NCBI RefSeq assembly: GCF_947568905.1
Contig: NC_079166.1
Span: 92,318,001-92,382,000 of the forward strand
Direction of reading: 5' to 3'
DNA: 64,000 nt
Source of the DNA: Ostrea edulis
Lineage: Eukaryota
Position 1 is the stretch's first letter, and each line of letters begins with the position of its first letter. The notes under the pieces were generated by a model, which did not search any database, was not told the DNA's origin, and worked only from the letters and a program-made list of their open reading frames with translations. Shown here piece after piece: positions 1-10,850 of this stretch. The position numbers and the translations under genes were made by a program.

Positions 1-39
1 TCGATATTCGAACCCCGACCTTCTGCATGCGGGGCGAAG
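1..39 (-). mobile_element. tRNA-derived SINE head, cut by the window edge
   Basis: Reverse complement TTCGCCCCGCATGCAGAAGGTCGGGGTTCGAATATCGA matches the head of the SINE at 5497, including the B box GGTTCGAA. Confidence 0.7.
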
Positions 40-54
40 TGATTGTTGAGCAAA

Positions 55-760
55 ATGCCGCGGTTGAGTGAAATCGATAATGTAGGAGCATTCGAATAGT
101 CATGTAGCCCAGCAATAGTCTGTGTAGTTTGGCATCTTAGAGCCACAGTGAGTTTGGGTGACCGTCTCAGGAGCGGACGCCCGCGCGTTACGTCGCGATG
201 TCAAGATAGAGGCATCCCTCTCTCGCCCGTCCGTGACATTTCAGACGGCGACGGAGGTGGCATGCCAATTTGTCAGCACTCATGTCCAAGAATAAGTAGG
301 AATCAGATGCGGGCGTTTTTTAAGGCCACGACGTCCCTATGTAGATGCACCACTTACGCAAAGTCGATGTCAATGTCGATTGCAGTGGCTGCTTGCACAT
401 CCACCTAATTGTGTTTATCGACCTCGTGGTGAGCGATATTCTAACGTTTGCTGACGGAAAGCGACATATTCGATGAAGGGTCTGTTATGGTATGGACAGG
501 GATATCTCAAGGCGTGAAAATACCTCTTGTCCTTGTGGCAATGCTGCAGCGGTAACATATCGGAATCAGGTTTTGAGACCACACGTCCTTCCACTTATCT
601 ATCAACGTAACCGTACGTTGCAGAATGACAACGCGAGGCCTCGTGTTTCTATGAATTTTCGTGATTTTCTGGCTAAAAAAGTCTCAGTTCTTGATTGACC
701 ACCATACAGTCCAGATTTGTCCCCAATAATGCATTTGTGGGACGAGCGGAACAGGAGGGT
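55..760 (+). pseudogene. Tc1/mariner transposase relic
   Basis: Fragments in several frames: MPRLSE start, DRLRSGRPRVT (HTH region), YRPRGERYS, GSVMVWTGIS, YRNQVLRPHVLP..LQNDNARP, and D*PPYSPDLSPIMHLWDE (WPxxSPDLNPIExxW motif with the catalytic E lost). Stops and frameshifts are present; the first catalytic D segment is not seen. Confidence 0.85.
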
Positions 761-1191
761 TAAGTTGGTTAGATGTATATTGTTTAACATTCTGTTTCAG
801 AATTTTCACTCATGTAGACGTGACCAGTGCCGATAAAGGGCTCATTGTTTGTTTACATTTCACAAAAACCATGCATGATACCAAAGTTCTATCAGATTAG
901 CTAACTAAAGTTTGCCCTTGTAAATTGCTGCTGCTGTAAACCAATCGCAACAATACTGCATCAGGTATGCATGTGTACTCAAAGCTGTGGCGTCGAGCAT
1001 AGTAGGTCTACATTGGTAGCACTACAGCGGGTGATGTCTCAGAATGTACGAACTGTTTTTGAAGTTACGGAGAACAAACCAAATAATTCATCTGTATACA
1101 AATTTTTAAAAATTCTTAACTGGTTTTGAGTGACTGTAAATATCAGAAATCACTGCTTTTGTCTAAGAAGTTCGTTAGCCACGATACTTGC

Positions 1192-2631
1192 CAGTGTGGA
1201 TAAAACTCGTGGTTTCTTTACTTATCTACAGTGTGGATAAAACTCGTGGTTTCTTTACTTATCTACAGTGTGGATAAAACTCGTGGTTTCTTTACTTATC
1301 TACAGTGTGGATAAAACTCGTGGTTTCTTTACTTATCTACAGTGTGGATAAAACTCGTGGTTTCTTTACTTATCTACAGTGTGGATAAAACTCGTGGTTT
1401 CTTTACTTATCTACAGTGTGGATAAAACTCGTGGTTTCTTTACTTATCTACAGTGTGGATAAAACTCGTGGTTTCTTTACTTATCTACAGTGTGGATAAA
1501 ACTCGTGGTTTCTTTACTTATCTACAGTGTGGATAAAACTCGTGGTTTCTTTACTTATCTACAGTGTGGATAAAACTCGTGGTTTCTTTACTTATCTACA
1601 GTGTGGATAAAACTCGTGGTTTCTTTACTTATCTACAGTGTGGATAAAACTCGTGGTTTCTTTACTTATCTACAGTGTGGATAAAACTCGTGGTTTCTTT
1701 ACTTATCTACAGTGTGGATAAAACTCGTGGTTTCTTTACTTATCTACAGTGTGGATAAAACTCGTGGTTTCTTTACTTATCTACAGTGTGGATAAAACTC
1801 GTGGTTTCTTTACTTATCTACAGTGTGGATAAAACTCGTGGTTTCTTTACTTATCTACAGTGTGGATAAAACTCGTGGTTTCTTTACTTATCTACAGTGT
1901 GGATAAAACTCGTGGTTTCTTTACTTATCTACAGTGTGGATAAAACTCGTGGTTTCTTTACTTATCTACAGTGTGGATAAAACTCGTGGTTTCTTTACTT
2001 ATCTACAGTGTGGATAAAACTCGTGGTTTCTTTACTTATCTACAGTGTGGATAAAACTCGTGGTTTCTTTACTTATCTACAGTGTGGATAAAACTCGTGG
2101 TTTCTTTACTTATCTACAGTGTGGATAAAACTCGTGGTTTCTTTACTTATCTACAGTGTGGATAAAACTCGTGGTTTCTTTACTTATCTACAGTGTGGAT
2201 AAAACTCGTGGTTTCTTTACTTATCTACAGTGTGGATAAAACTCGTGGTTTCTTTACTTATCTACAGTGTGGATAAAACTCGTGGTTTCTTTACTTATCT
2301 ACAGTGTGGATAAAACTCGTGGTTTCTTTACTTATCTACAGTGTGGATAAAACTCGTGGTTTCTTTACTTATCTACAGTGTGGATAAAGCTCGTGGTTTC
2401 TTTACTTATCTACAGTGTGGATAAAGCTCGTGGTTTCTTTACTTATCTACAGTGTGGATAAAGCTCGTGGTTTCTTTACTTATCTACAGTGTGGATAAAG
2501 CTCGTGGTTTCTTTACTTATCTACAGTGTGGATAAAGCTCGTGGTTTCTTTACTTATCTACAGTGTGGATAAAACTCGTGGTTTCTTTACTTATCTACAG
2601 TGTGGATAAAACTCGTGGTTTCTTTACTTAT
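1192..2631. repeat. 37-bp tandem minisatellite, about 39 copies
   Basis: Unit CAGTGTGGATAAAACTCGTGGTTTCTTTACTTATCTA, near-perfect. Five consecutive copies (~2385-2545) carry an A>G variant (ATAAAGCTCG). Confidence 0.97.
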
Positions 2632-2634
2632 TAT

Positions 2635-3371
2635 TGTTATTTATTGTAAAGCCCGTGTATGGTGTTATTTATTGTAAAGCCCGTGTATGGTGTTATTTAT
2701 TGTAAAGCCCGTGTATGGTGTTATTTATTGTAAAGCCCGTGTATGGTGTTATTTATTGTAAAGCCCGTGTATGGTGTTATTTATTGTAAAGCCCGTGTAT
2801 GGTGTTATTTATTGTAAAGCCCGTGTATGGTGTTATTTATTGTAAAGCCCGTGTATGGTGTTATTTATTGTAAAGCCCGTGTATGGTGTTATTTATTGTA
2901 AAGCCCGTGTATGGTGTTATTTATTGTAAAGCCCGTGTATGGTGTTATTTATTGTAAAGCCCGTGTATGGTGTTATTTATTGTAAAGCCCGTGTATGGTG
3001 TTATTTATTGTAAAGCCCGTGTATGGTGTTATTTATTGTAAAGCCCGTGTATGGTGTTATTTATTGTAAAGCCCGTGTATGGTGTTATTTATTGTAAAGC
3101 CCGTGTATGGTGTTATTTATTGTAAAGCCCGTGTATGGTGTTATTTATTGTAAAGCCCGTGTATGGTGTTATTTATTGTAAAGCCCGTGTATGGTGTTAT
3201 TTATTGTAAAGCCCGTGTATGGTGTTATTTATTGTAAAGCCCGTGTATGGTGTTATTTATTGTAAAGCCCGTGTATGGTGTTATTTATTGTAAAGCCCGT
3301 GTATGGTGTTATTTATTGTAAAGCCCGTGTATGGTGTTATTTATTGTAAAGCCCGTGTATGGTGTTATTTA
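2635..3371. repeat. 28-bp tandem minisatellite, about 26 copies, abutting the 37-bp array
   Basis: Unit TGTTATTTATTGTAAAGCCCGTGTATGG; GCCCG recurs at 2651, 2679 and onward. Confidence 0.97.
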
Positions 3372-3459
3372 GGCTCTTAAAAGTTTCAAAAGGTCATTTG
3401 TCTAGATGTTAGAATAGGGAACAAATATTTATCATAGTCTTAATCTCTTTTAGAAATTT

Positions 3460-5850
3460 ATGCAAGGACATCCCAGGATAAAAGGTCCACGCTTTGTACA
3501 TGATCGCATCGCTATTGTTGGAGCTGGCCCCGCAGGACTACACATGGCGTACGAGCTCAAGGTATGGTGACATATGTCATTAACACTTGCTTAAATAAAG
3601 CAGATTTATACATTGGCATCTTCAAAATATGAAGACATTTCATATAATCTGGTGCAAATTTTTACGTAATACACTGAAGGAAAAATGACGTGGGATGATT
3701 ACTCCTCCTAGACACCTGATCCCACTTCTGGTGTGTCCAGGGGTCCGTGTTTGTCTGATCCCACTTCTGGTGTGTCCAGGGGTCCGTGTTTGCCCAATCT
3801 TTTCTTTTGTATTCCTTATAGGAGTTATGAGATAGATCACTGTTCTTCATCTTCACGTTTCATGTTGGTATAATCGTAGATTATTTTCATATTGCTGTCT
3901 TTGTAGATTTTAATTGATCTATTTTGGTCGAGTATTATGTATTAATTAGGGTATTGAATGGCGACATGCTTTTACCTCTAAATAAATAACAAATGTACTG
4001 CAATCGACAATTAGTACAAGCTTAAAAGCTTGTGAAAAGGAATTTATTTGTTATAATTTCGATAATAGTTTGCATGTTATGAGTAACATTATGGTTTTTT
4101 TCTTCTAACAGAGGCGTGGTTTCCATAACATTGTAATCTTTGAAAGTCGACATGAGGTAGGCGGGAAAACAACATCGAGACTCTACAGGAACGTGTGGCA
4201 TGACCTCGGAACAATCAACTTAGCAGTCACCTATGATAAGACAGTAGCTCTACTGGAAAAATTCAACACAGGATTCGACATCATACCTAATCCTCCAAGT
4301 TCCATTTGGAACAATAGACACGGTAGGCGAATAATGAACAATAGACATGATATGCGAATAATGAACAATAGATACGGTAGGCGAATAATGAACAATAGAC
4401 ACGGTAGTCGAATAATGAACAATAGACACGGTAAGCAAATAATGTGCAAATAGATACGATGGACAGTGGTGATTTGAGTGTTGATTTGTTTTAAAGATAT
4501 CTCTAGACATTGGGGAAATGAAATGTTTGGTCTTCTCAAATGATAAAAGGAAAATTAAGTACAATCAATTTACATCCACGCGACCTACTCATTCATTCCT
4601 CAATTAAATATTACTTCAATGATACCGTGTTTTGAACTGACTTCAGTCATAGATCTATAATTCAATTTTAGTTGTAACACGCAATATGATTGGCTGACCA
4701 CACTGACAAAATTAGTTTATATTGTAAAATATAACTTACTATGGGGATGCGCCCCCTTGACAACCCAAAAATGGCACTACTTTGTTCAAATTGCACATTG
4801 TAGCACCGTCTATGAAGTAGAAAATCGCCTGAAGAAACAGTGCAGAATAAAATAAACTGCACCACGTTACATTATATCTTACAATAAAAGTCAACATTAG
4901 CTTCTTTCCTTAAATGCTGAAACAGTAGTCTTAGAACAATGATTTTGAGTACGGATTACTCCCTTTACCCGTTTATAAAGGGCTCACAGCGGATGTGACC
5001 AGTCGACAGGGAAAGTGTACTTCTCCTAGGCACTTGATCCCACCTCTGGTATATCCAGGGGTCCGTGTTTTCCCAACTCTCTATTTTCTATTGCTTATAA
5101 GAGTTATGAGATTGATCAATCTTCGTCATCTTCACCTTGCATATTTAAAGACAGTGTTATATCCAACTTATATTGTATAGGTCAAATTTAGTTATATGAA
5201 TGGTGAAGATAACGAATAATGATCAATCCCATAACTCCTATAAGCAATATGATTGATATGGGTTGAGGTAAAAAAAAAATATATTATACTTACATAAGGG
5301 TTAATGTTAAGAATTGCCGGACATATACCGATTAATCTTGAGAATTTGGGGACTAACATACAGATTAATGAGTCAAAGGTGGGATCGGGAGGAGTAAGCA
5401 TCCCCTGTCGACTGGTCACATCCGCCCTATATCTTGATTAAGATATATCGGACTCACAAACATAATATATCTTGAAACTTTCTATCAACACCAACTGTCG
5501 CGGTGGTCTCAAGGTGGAGCCTTCACCCCGCATGCAGAAGGTCGATGTTCGAATCCCGGCCGCAACAGACCTATGTCGTTAAAACAGGTAGTGAGAATTC
5601 CATCGCCAAACGCTCGGCATTAGATGTGAATTTCACGGGAGATGACATTAAAAACGAATGTTCCATGTCTCAGTAGGTGTGGCACGCTAAAGAATCTTCA
5701 ATGTTCGTAAGCGTCGAGCATAAACCTAAATGTGCAACCCTTCACCGTTATTGGTAACGTCTTCATATGAGTGCAACTTCCCGATAAACAAAATAAAATC
5801 AATCAAAATATATTGCTATTACACCGTTTCTGTTACGTCATAAAGTGGTT

Positions 5851-5896
<46 letters not shown>

Positions 5897-8800
5897 GTAC
5901 GTGGAATACTCGGTCGAACTTTAAGAGGTAGGATACAATTCAGGATTACATACATATCTTTACGATTCATTCGTGTTTCTATCAACTTATATAACTATTT
6001 TGAACAGTTTCCATTCTACAACGAATGTATCGGACAGGGATCGTGGTCTCTGGAACTCTACAAATGACATTTGCTTGAACTCACAAGCGCTTTGAAACGG
6101 ATCACACATCTACCTAAAATTTATGTAACCCCACCTCCTTACAGACGGAAACACAGGTGGTTATGGACGAACTTCCGGTTCCCTTCTTGTATTTTTGAAA
6201 GTTCAATTCCTTGGGTATTTCAGGATATCTTTGATAAACTATATAACTTCAGAGTGTGAGTGTATCTATTTCAATGAAATACACAAATGTCTCATGGGAA
6301 CCGTTGTTAAACATGGCATAGATACATGTATCAGCGATCATAATATATGAACAAAGTCTGCAACTCAGCCAGCTAATGGTAATCGGGTGATCTCGTCTCG
6401 GGTGTTCTATTTCTAAAAATAGTTGGCTGCAACAGAAATATCCCAGCATCACAACTTCCGTTCGTTGTAGCACGAAATGAATAGCGGCGCGATTAAAACG
6501 ATGAAATTGAACGGCGTGAAGTAAATATTGCGCACCAAATAGCGGTGGATTTAATCTATGATTCATCAGTAGATTTAGAGCGACCGTTCTTTTCGGTTAG
6601 TGAGTGTATTAATAGTGGGTTTTTTTTCAATTGGATTTCTCAGAGAGACGTATTTTTTTCCCCAAAATGTCGCTGGCTGGCTGAGTTGCATACCATTTTC
6701 ATATATTATGATCGTTGATATGACATTTTTAAAAACGGTTTCTATGTGACATTTGTGTATTCCTTCATTACAACTGCAGTTTTGTGTTTTGTAGAGTTTA
6801 ATTCCGCCTTTGAAGCTTTCTCAGTGTCGCTACCGAAGTTATTAGAGGCATCTGAGCGATATATTGCTTTACATAGATGTTTCTTTGGCACCTATGATGG
6901 AGAACTGATGCCTCGACCATCTCCAGATATTCTATACAGGGTAAGGCCATCATCACATATTTTGTAGTATAAGTAAGGCAATATGCTCAGATATTCTATA
7001 GCGGGTAAGGACCTCATCACATATTTTGTATAGTGTAAGTAAGACAATATTCTCAGATATTATATACAGAGTGAGGACATCATCACATATTCTGTATAGT
7101 GTAAGTAAGGCAATATTCTCAGATATTTTATACAGAGTGAGGACATCATCACATATTCTGTATAGTGTAAGTAAGGCAATATCTCCAGATATTATATACC
7201 GGGTAAGGACATCATCACATATTCTGTATAGTGTAAGTAAGGCAATATTCTCAGATTCTCTATACCGTGTAAGGACATCATCACATATTCTGTATAGTGT
7301 AGTAAGGCAATATTCTCATGTATGAAGGTTAGTATAGACTTTCACATATCACCAAATGTTCTGTGTAAGGTAGGGGGGACTGTAACATATTCTCAGATAC
7401 TGTAAACCAGCATTTATTGGCGATATACTTTTTCGCTATTTACTAGTGGTAAACTGGTACACTCCCACTACTTTTGGCGACCTAGATAATTTTGATTAAT
7501 AATATCCATTGTGTCGTTAACAAAAAATATTCGTTACGATCATATTCTTGTGAACCTCTCGAAAATTTCACACCCACCAATACAAGGTGGTATACAGTAT
7601 GTTGTATGTGTTGCAGATTCCAGGGCTCTGTGTTTGTACAATTCCCTATTTTGTATTGCTCATACGAGTTATGAGATCGATCAATGTTCGTTATCTTCAC
7701 CTTTATAGGAATTATGAGATCGATCACTCTTCGTTTTCTTCACCTTTATAGGATTTATGAGATCGATCACTATTCATTATCTTCACCTTTCATTATGAGA
7801 GATTTTGTATATGGTTAAGTATAGATTTATAATTTGTATATGGTAAGTAGCCATTTATAAAATTATATTATGAGATTTTTTGTGAAGGGTAAGTAAAGAT
7901 TCTCTTATATTCTATATAGGATAGAAATGTACTATCATATATTCTATATAGGATAGAAATGCAATCTTATATATTCTATATAGGATAAAAATGTACTCTC
8001 ATATGTTCTATATGGGTTGAAAATGTACTCTCATATATTCTATATAGGATAGAAATACACTCTCATATATTCTATCTAAGGTTCATAAGATTCATCACTG
8101 TTCGGCATCTTTTTCTTTATCTCTAAAAATATTACTCGCTATTCTACGTAGTTCGTATATTATAGGGTTTTTGAACGTATATTTTTTAATATTGGCCAAG
8201 TTGAATTGGGAATTAAAAAATCGTGATCTTGTGAGCATTTTTCAAATCGAACTTGGCAAATATTCAAATCAATATCAATACCTCATTGATTACGTATGCT
8301 AAACCACGTGTATATTCGTTGTTTTCTATTGATGATTCATTCATTTTCTCGTCGAGTTGGGAACTTTAGCAACGATTGATGTAATACTACAGTTACAGGC
8401 TTTTTCAACGCTCATCTAAATACATTGGTTAAAGTTGTTAAGTGTTTCGAATCGACAATAATATTTTCTGCTCCTTAATTGTAAATCACGATCGAAATAT
8501 CGAAGAATAGATGAAATATGGAGATCAGTTACCAGATTTAACAAATTGATAGCTGATTCGAAGTTTGTCTGATAGCAGGGGACAGTTTCACTCTATACGC
8601 CCGTACAACATTCTTAGAAAATTAAAATATGCCATATTTAAAGTGATATTGTATGCGTACAGAAAATTGGTGATTTTCTAATTTCCCACTGGCTATTTTA
8701 TCCTCAGACACTGAGACACGTAATACAATAGTGTTTTCCTGCAGTTTGGGTGCTTGTGTGACAGTTGGTAATCAACCTTTCAATATCGGTGTACTTAAGA

Positions 8801-9956
8801 ATAACACAAAGGAAAACAACTATTGGGAAACTCGAATATTTGCATATTGCGGTTTTTCGGGTATTTACAGTGCGGGATTTTAAGCCTCAGCAAAGCCCCG
8901 ACACTAGATCTAAAGATATGTAATGTGTGTTATTTATATTTTCTTTAACGGCTCGGGTTTCTTTCAATACTCACAGTTCTTTGATCAGTATCTTGTTTTC
9001 TCCCTTAGGTCCGTGGTACCATTGATGATTTTCTCGTAAGATACAACCTCACAGACCTACGACCGTTATTTTTCATTGGTTTTGTAGTGAATGCGTACGG
9101 TTCCCTGAATGAGACATCGGCGCTGTATGCATTAACATTTGTACCCCCAGCAGTGGTTCGGTCCTTTCTAAGACCTGACAGGGGACTTTACCGTCTCCGC
9201 GGTGGCTGGCAAAATCTATGTCGTGAAATATCTAGACGAATAAACGTCGAAATTAGATTCAATGTGAATATAAAACACATTCACAGAGAAAACGGAATTC
9301 GAATATTGTTCCAAGAAAAACATTTCCCTTCACTGCATGTGGATAATTTTGATTTTCTTATTCTTTCTCCATCAATGAATTCCTTATTCGGTATTATGGA
9401 TTTCAATCCACGTGAATTAGCAATATTTACACACTTGCGAAATTTATATTTCTTGAAGTCGATTGTTAATTCCATCAGTCCTGGTAGAAGAGCTCTTTAC
9501 CCACGCGAAGTGTTTCTATATGATTTACAACGTGAGCAATACTCTGTTTATGTATCTATCAATCCGCATCAAGTCGAAAATAATGTGACTGGCCTTGACT
9601 ATCAGCGAGGGCGACGGGAAAACACCGATAGAGATGGCAGTACGTATGAAACAAGTGTATATCATCAGTTTGGGAAAGCTAATCCTTGGAAGAGAGACGT
9701 AAATTCTGACATTCAAAGAAATCTTTTTCAACATCTAAAAGATTTCAACAAAGGCAATCCGGAATTAGTCGAGCAAGTGACGTGGTCATATTACTTTCCA
9801 AATTTCCCACCGGAAGCTATAACTGAGGGTGCATTGTGGGATGTTTTAGATATGCAAGGAATGTATAACACATGGTACATAGGATCATCTGTATCTTTTG
9901 AGTCAATAGAAAGTGTCTTTGAGTATAATCATTTATTGATGAAACTGTTTTTCTGA
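3460..9956 (+). CDS. FAD-dependent oxidoreductase (flavin amine oxidase fold) resembling polyunsaturated fatty acid isomerase PAI; 468 aa
   Basis: Exons 3460-3561, 4112-4322, 6795-6940, 9009-9956; all GT-AG with phases 0/1/0; 1407 nt open. Motifs: RIAIVGAGPAGLHMAYELK (Rossmann GxGxxG), IFESRHEVGGK...HDLG, and C-terminal WSYYFP...MQGMYNTWYIGSSVSFES..LLMKLFF. Confidence 0.9.
3692..3863 (+). mobile_element. 3' UTR/tail copy of a Naiad-type Penelope-like element with an internal ~39-bp duplication
   Basis: Matches the 3' UTR that follows the RT ORF at 50485 (CTCCTAGGCACCTGATCCCAC...GAGATTGATCACTGTTCGTTATCTTCACCTT). Confidence 0.85.
4308..4440 (+). repeat. 27-bp tandem repeat (5 copies) spanning the exon 2 splice donor
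   Basis: Unit GAACAATAGACACGGTAGGCGAATAAT; donor position recurs at 4323, 4350 (mutated), 4377, 4404, 4431. Confidence 0.95.
4963..5446. mobile_element. Two Penelope-like 3' tails in tail-to-tail inverted arrangement (+ 4963-5141, - 5196-5446)
   Basis: Both match the 50486-50703 tail, in opposite orientations about 55 bp apart. Confidence 0.8.
5497..5810 (+). mobile_element. tRNA-headed SINE (Meta/Deu-domain type of bivalves)
   Basis: A-box-like GGTGGTCTCAAGGTGG, B box GTTCGAATCCC, body AAAACAGGTAGTGA...CGCCAAACGCTCGGCA, tail ending AAACAAAATAAAATCAATCAA. Related pieces at 990-1050, 16650-16736 and 53376-53715. Family name is from recall. Confidence 0.75.
5853..5893. repeat. (CT)n microsatellite
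   Basis: Direct reading. Other microsatellites: (CT)n ~16050-16095, (TA)n ~21467-21529 and ~40744-40787. Confidence 0.97.
6920..7322 (+). repeat. ~66-bp tandem repeat (about 6 copies) spanning the exon 3 splice donor
   Basis: Unit like TCAGATATTCTATACAGGGTAAGGACATCATCACATATTCTGTATAGTGTAAGTAAGGCAATATTC; translates as a 22-aa repeat in ORF 7026-7325. Confidence 0.92.
7620..7793 (+). mobile_element. Penelope-like 3' tail with its terminal ~42 bp triplicated
   Basis: TTATGAGATCGATCAmTnTTCrTTwTCTTCACCTTT occurs three times in tandem. Confidence 0.8.
7895..8075. repeat. ~33-bp degenerate tandem repeat (about 5 copies)
   Basis: Recurrent CTCTCATATATTCTATATAGGATAGAAATGTA. Confidence 0.8.
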
Positions 9957-10850
9957 ATACAAACTCGTGTAAACGATACGTAAGAATATTGAAAATGCCA
10001 GAATTATGATTTTATTCTGTTGGTGTTGATTTTCTTTTGAAATATATGTCGCATTGTTTTCATTCAGTAATGGTACATGGCATTGTATGTTCTTTTGATG
10101 ACTGAGAATAATAAATGATTCATAGTTTGCACAATGAATGCCATTGAAGTGATAATGAAATAGAGCTTGAATACTGTAAGCTTTTTAAAATGTTAATGCA
10201 TATTCCTATTGTTGTAGAGAAAGAAGAGCTAGATTCTGACCAAATTTACTGTTTTCTGAAGTTTTGGAAATTTGTTTGGTTTGCTTTTTATACTGTTTAA
10301 CGGTGATGGACAAATGAAGGACACTATCTGTAGCCAGTTTGATGTCACAGGCAATTATCATAATCATTGGATAGTAAATATACATTTTGATATGTGTATG
10401 TTAACGTCCATGATTGACTTATCGTTGTCCTATCGACAGGGGATACTTACTCCAACTCTGGTATATCAAGGGGTCCGTGTTTTCCCAACTCTCTATTTTG
10501 TATTCCTTAATTCATGCAGTTTTACTTAAAGATTTATCTTGAGAAAGCCTACAAATGAACATTTTTCATGTTTCACATTAATATGAAACTCCTTCTCAAA
10601 GTCATAGCAAAACCCTTACATTCCACAGAGTTGTAAGGATGAAATATACCGGGGATAGTTCTCTATCAGCGTGAACCAAGACAGAGTTACATGTCCCATT
10701 ATCCAATGATAATATAATATATCGTATTATATGGTTATTAAAAAATTGGCAGCTTATGAGCGAATTTTCACCAACGAGCGAATATCGGTATTCCCTTATG
10801 TTTGTTCTATATCCCCTTTATTCTACAGCTGAACGATTTTAAAAGCAAAA

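Noticed and set aside
1192-3371. CRISPR-like array
   Set aside because: Units are directly adjacent with no unique spacers, there are no cas genes, and the context is eukaryotic. These are minisatellites.
5894-6566. ORFs 5771-6067, 6071-6259 and 6249-6566 as exons of the oxidoreductase
   Set aside because: They have no family motifs, and the 4322-6795 splice already gives a contiguous open frame.
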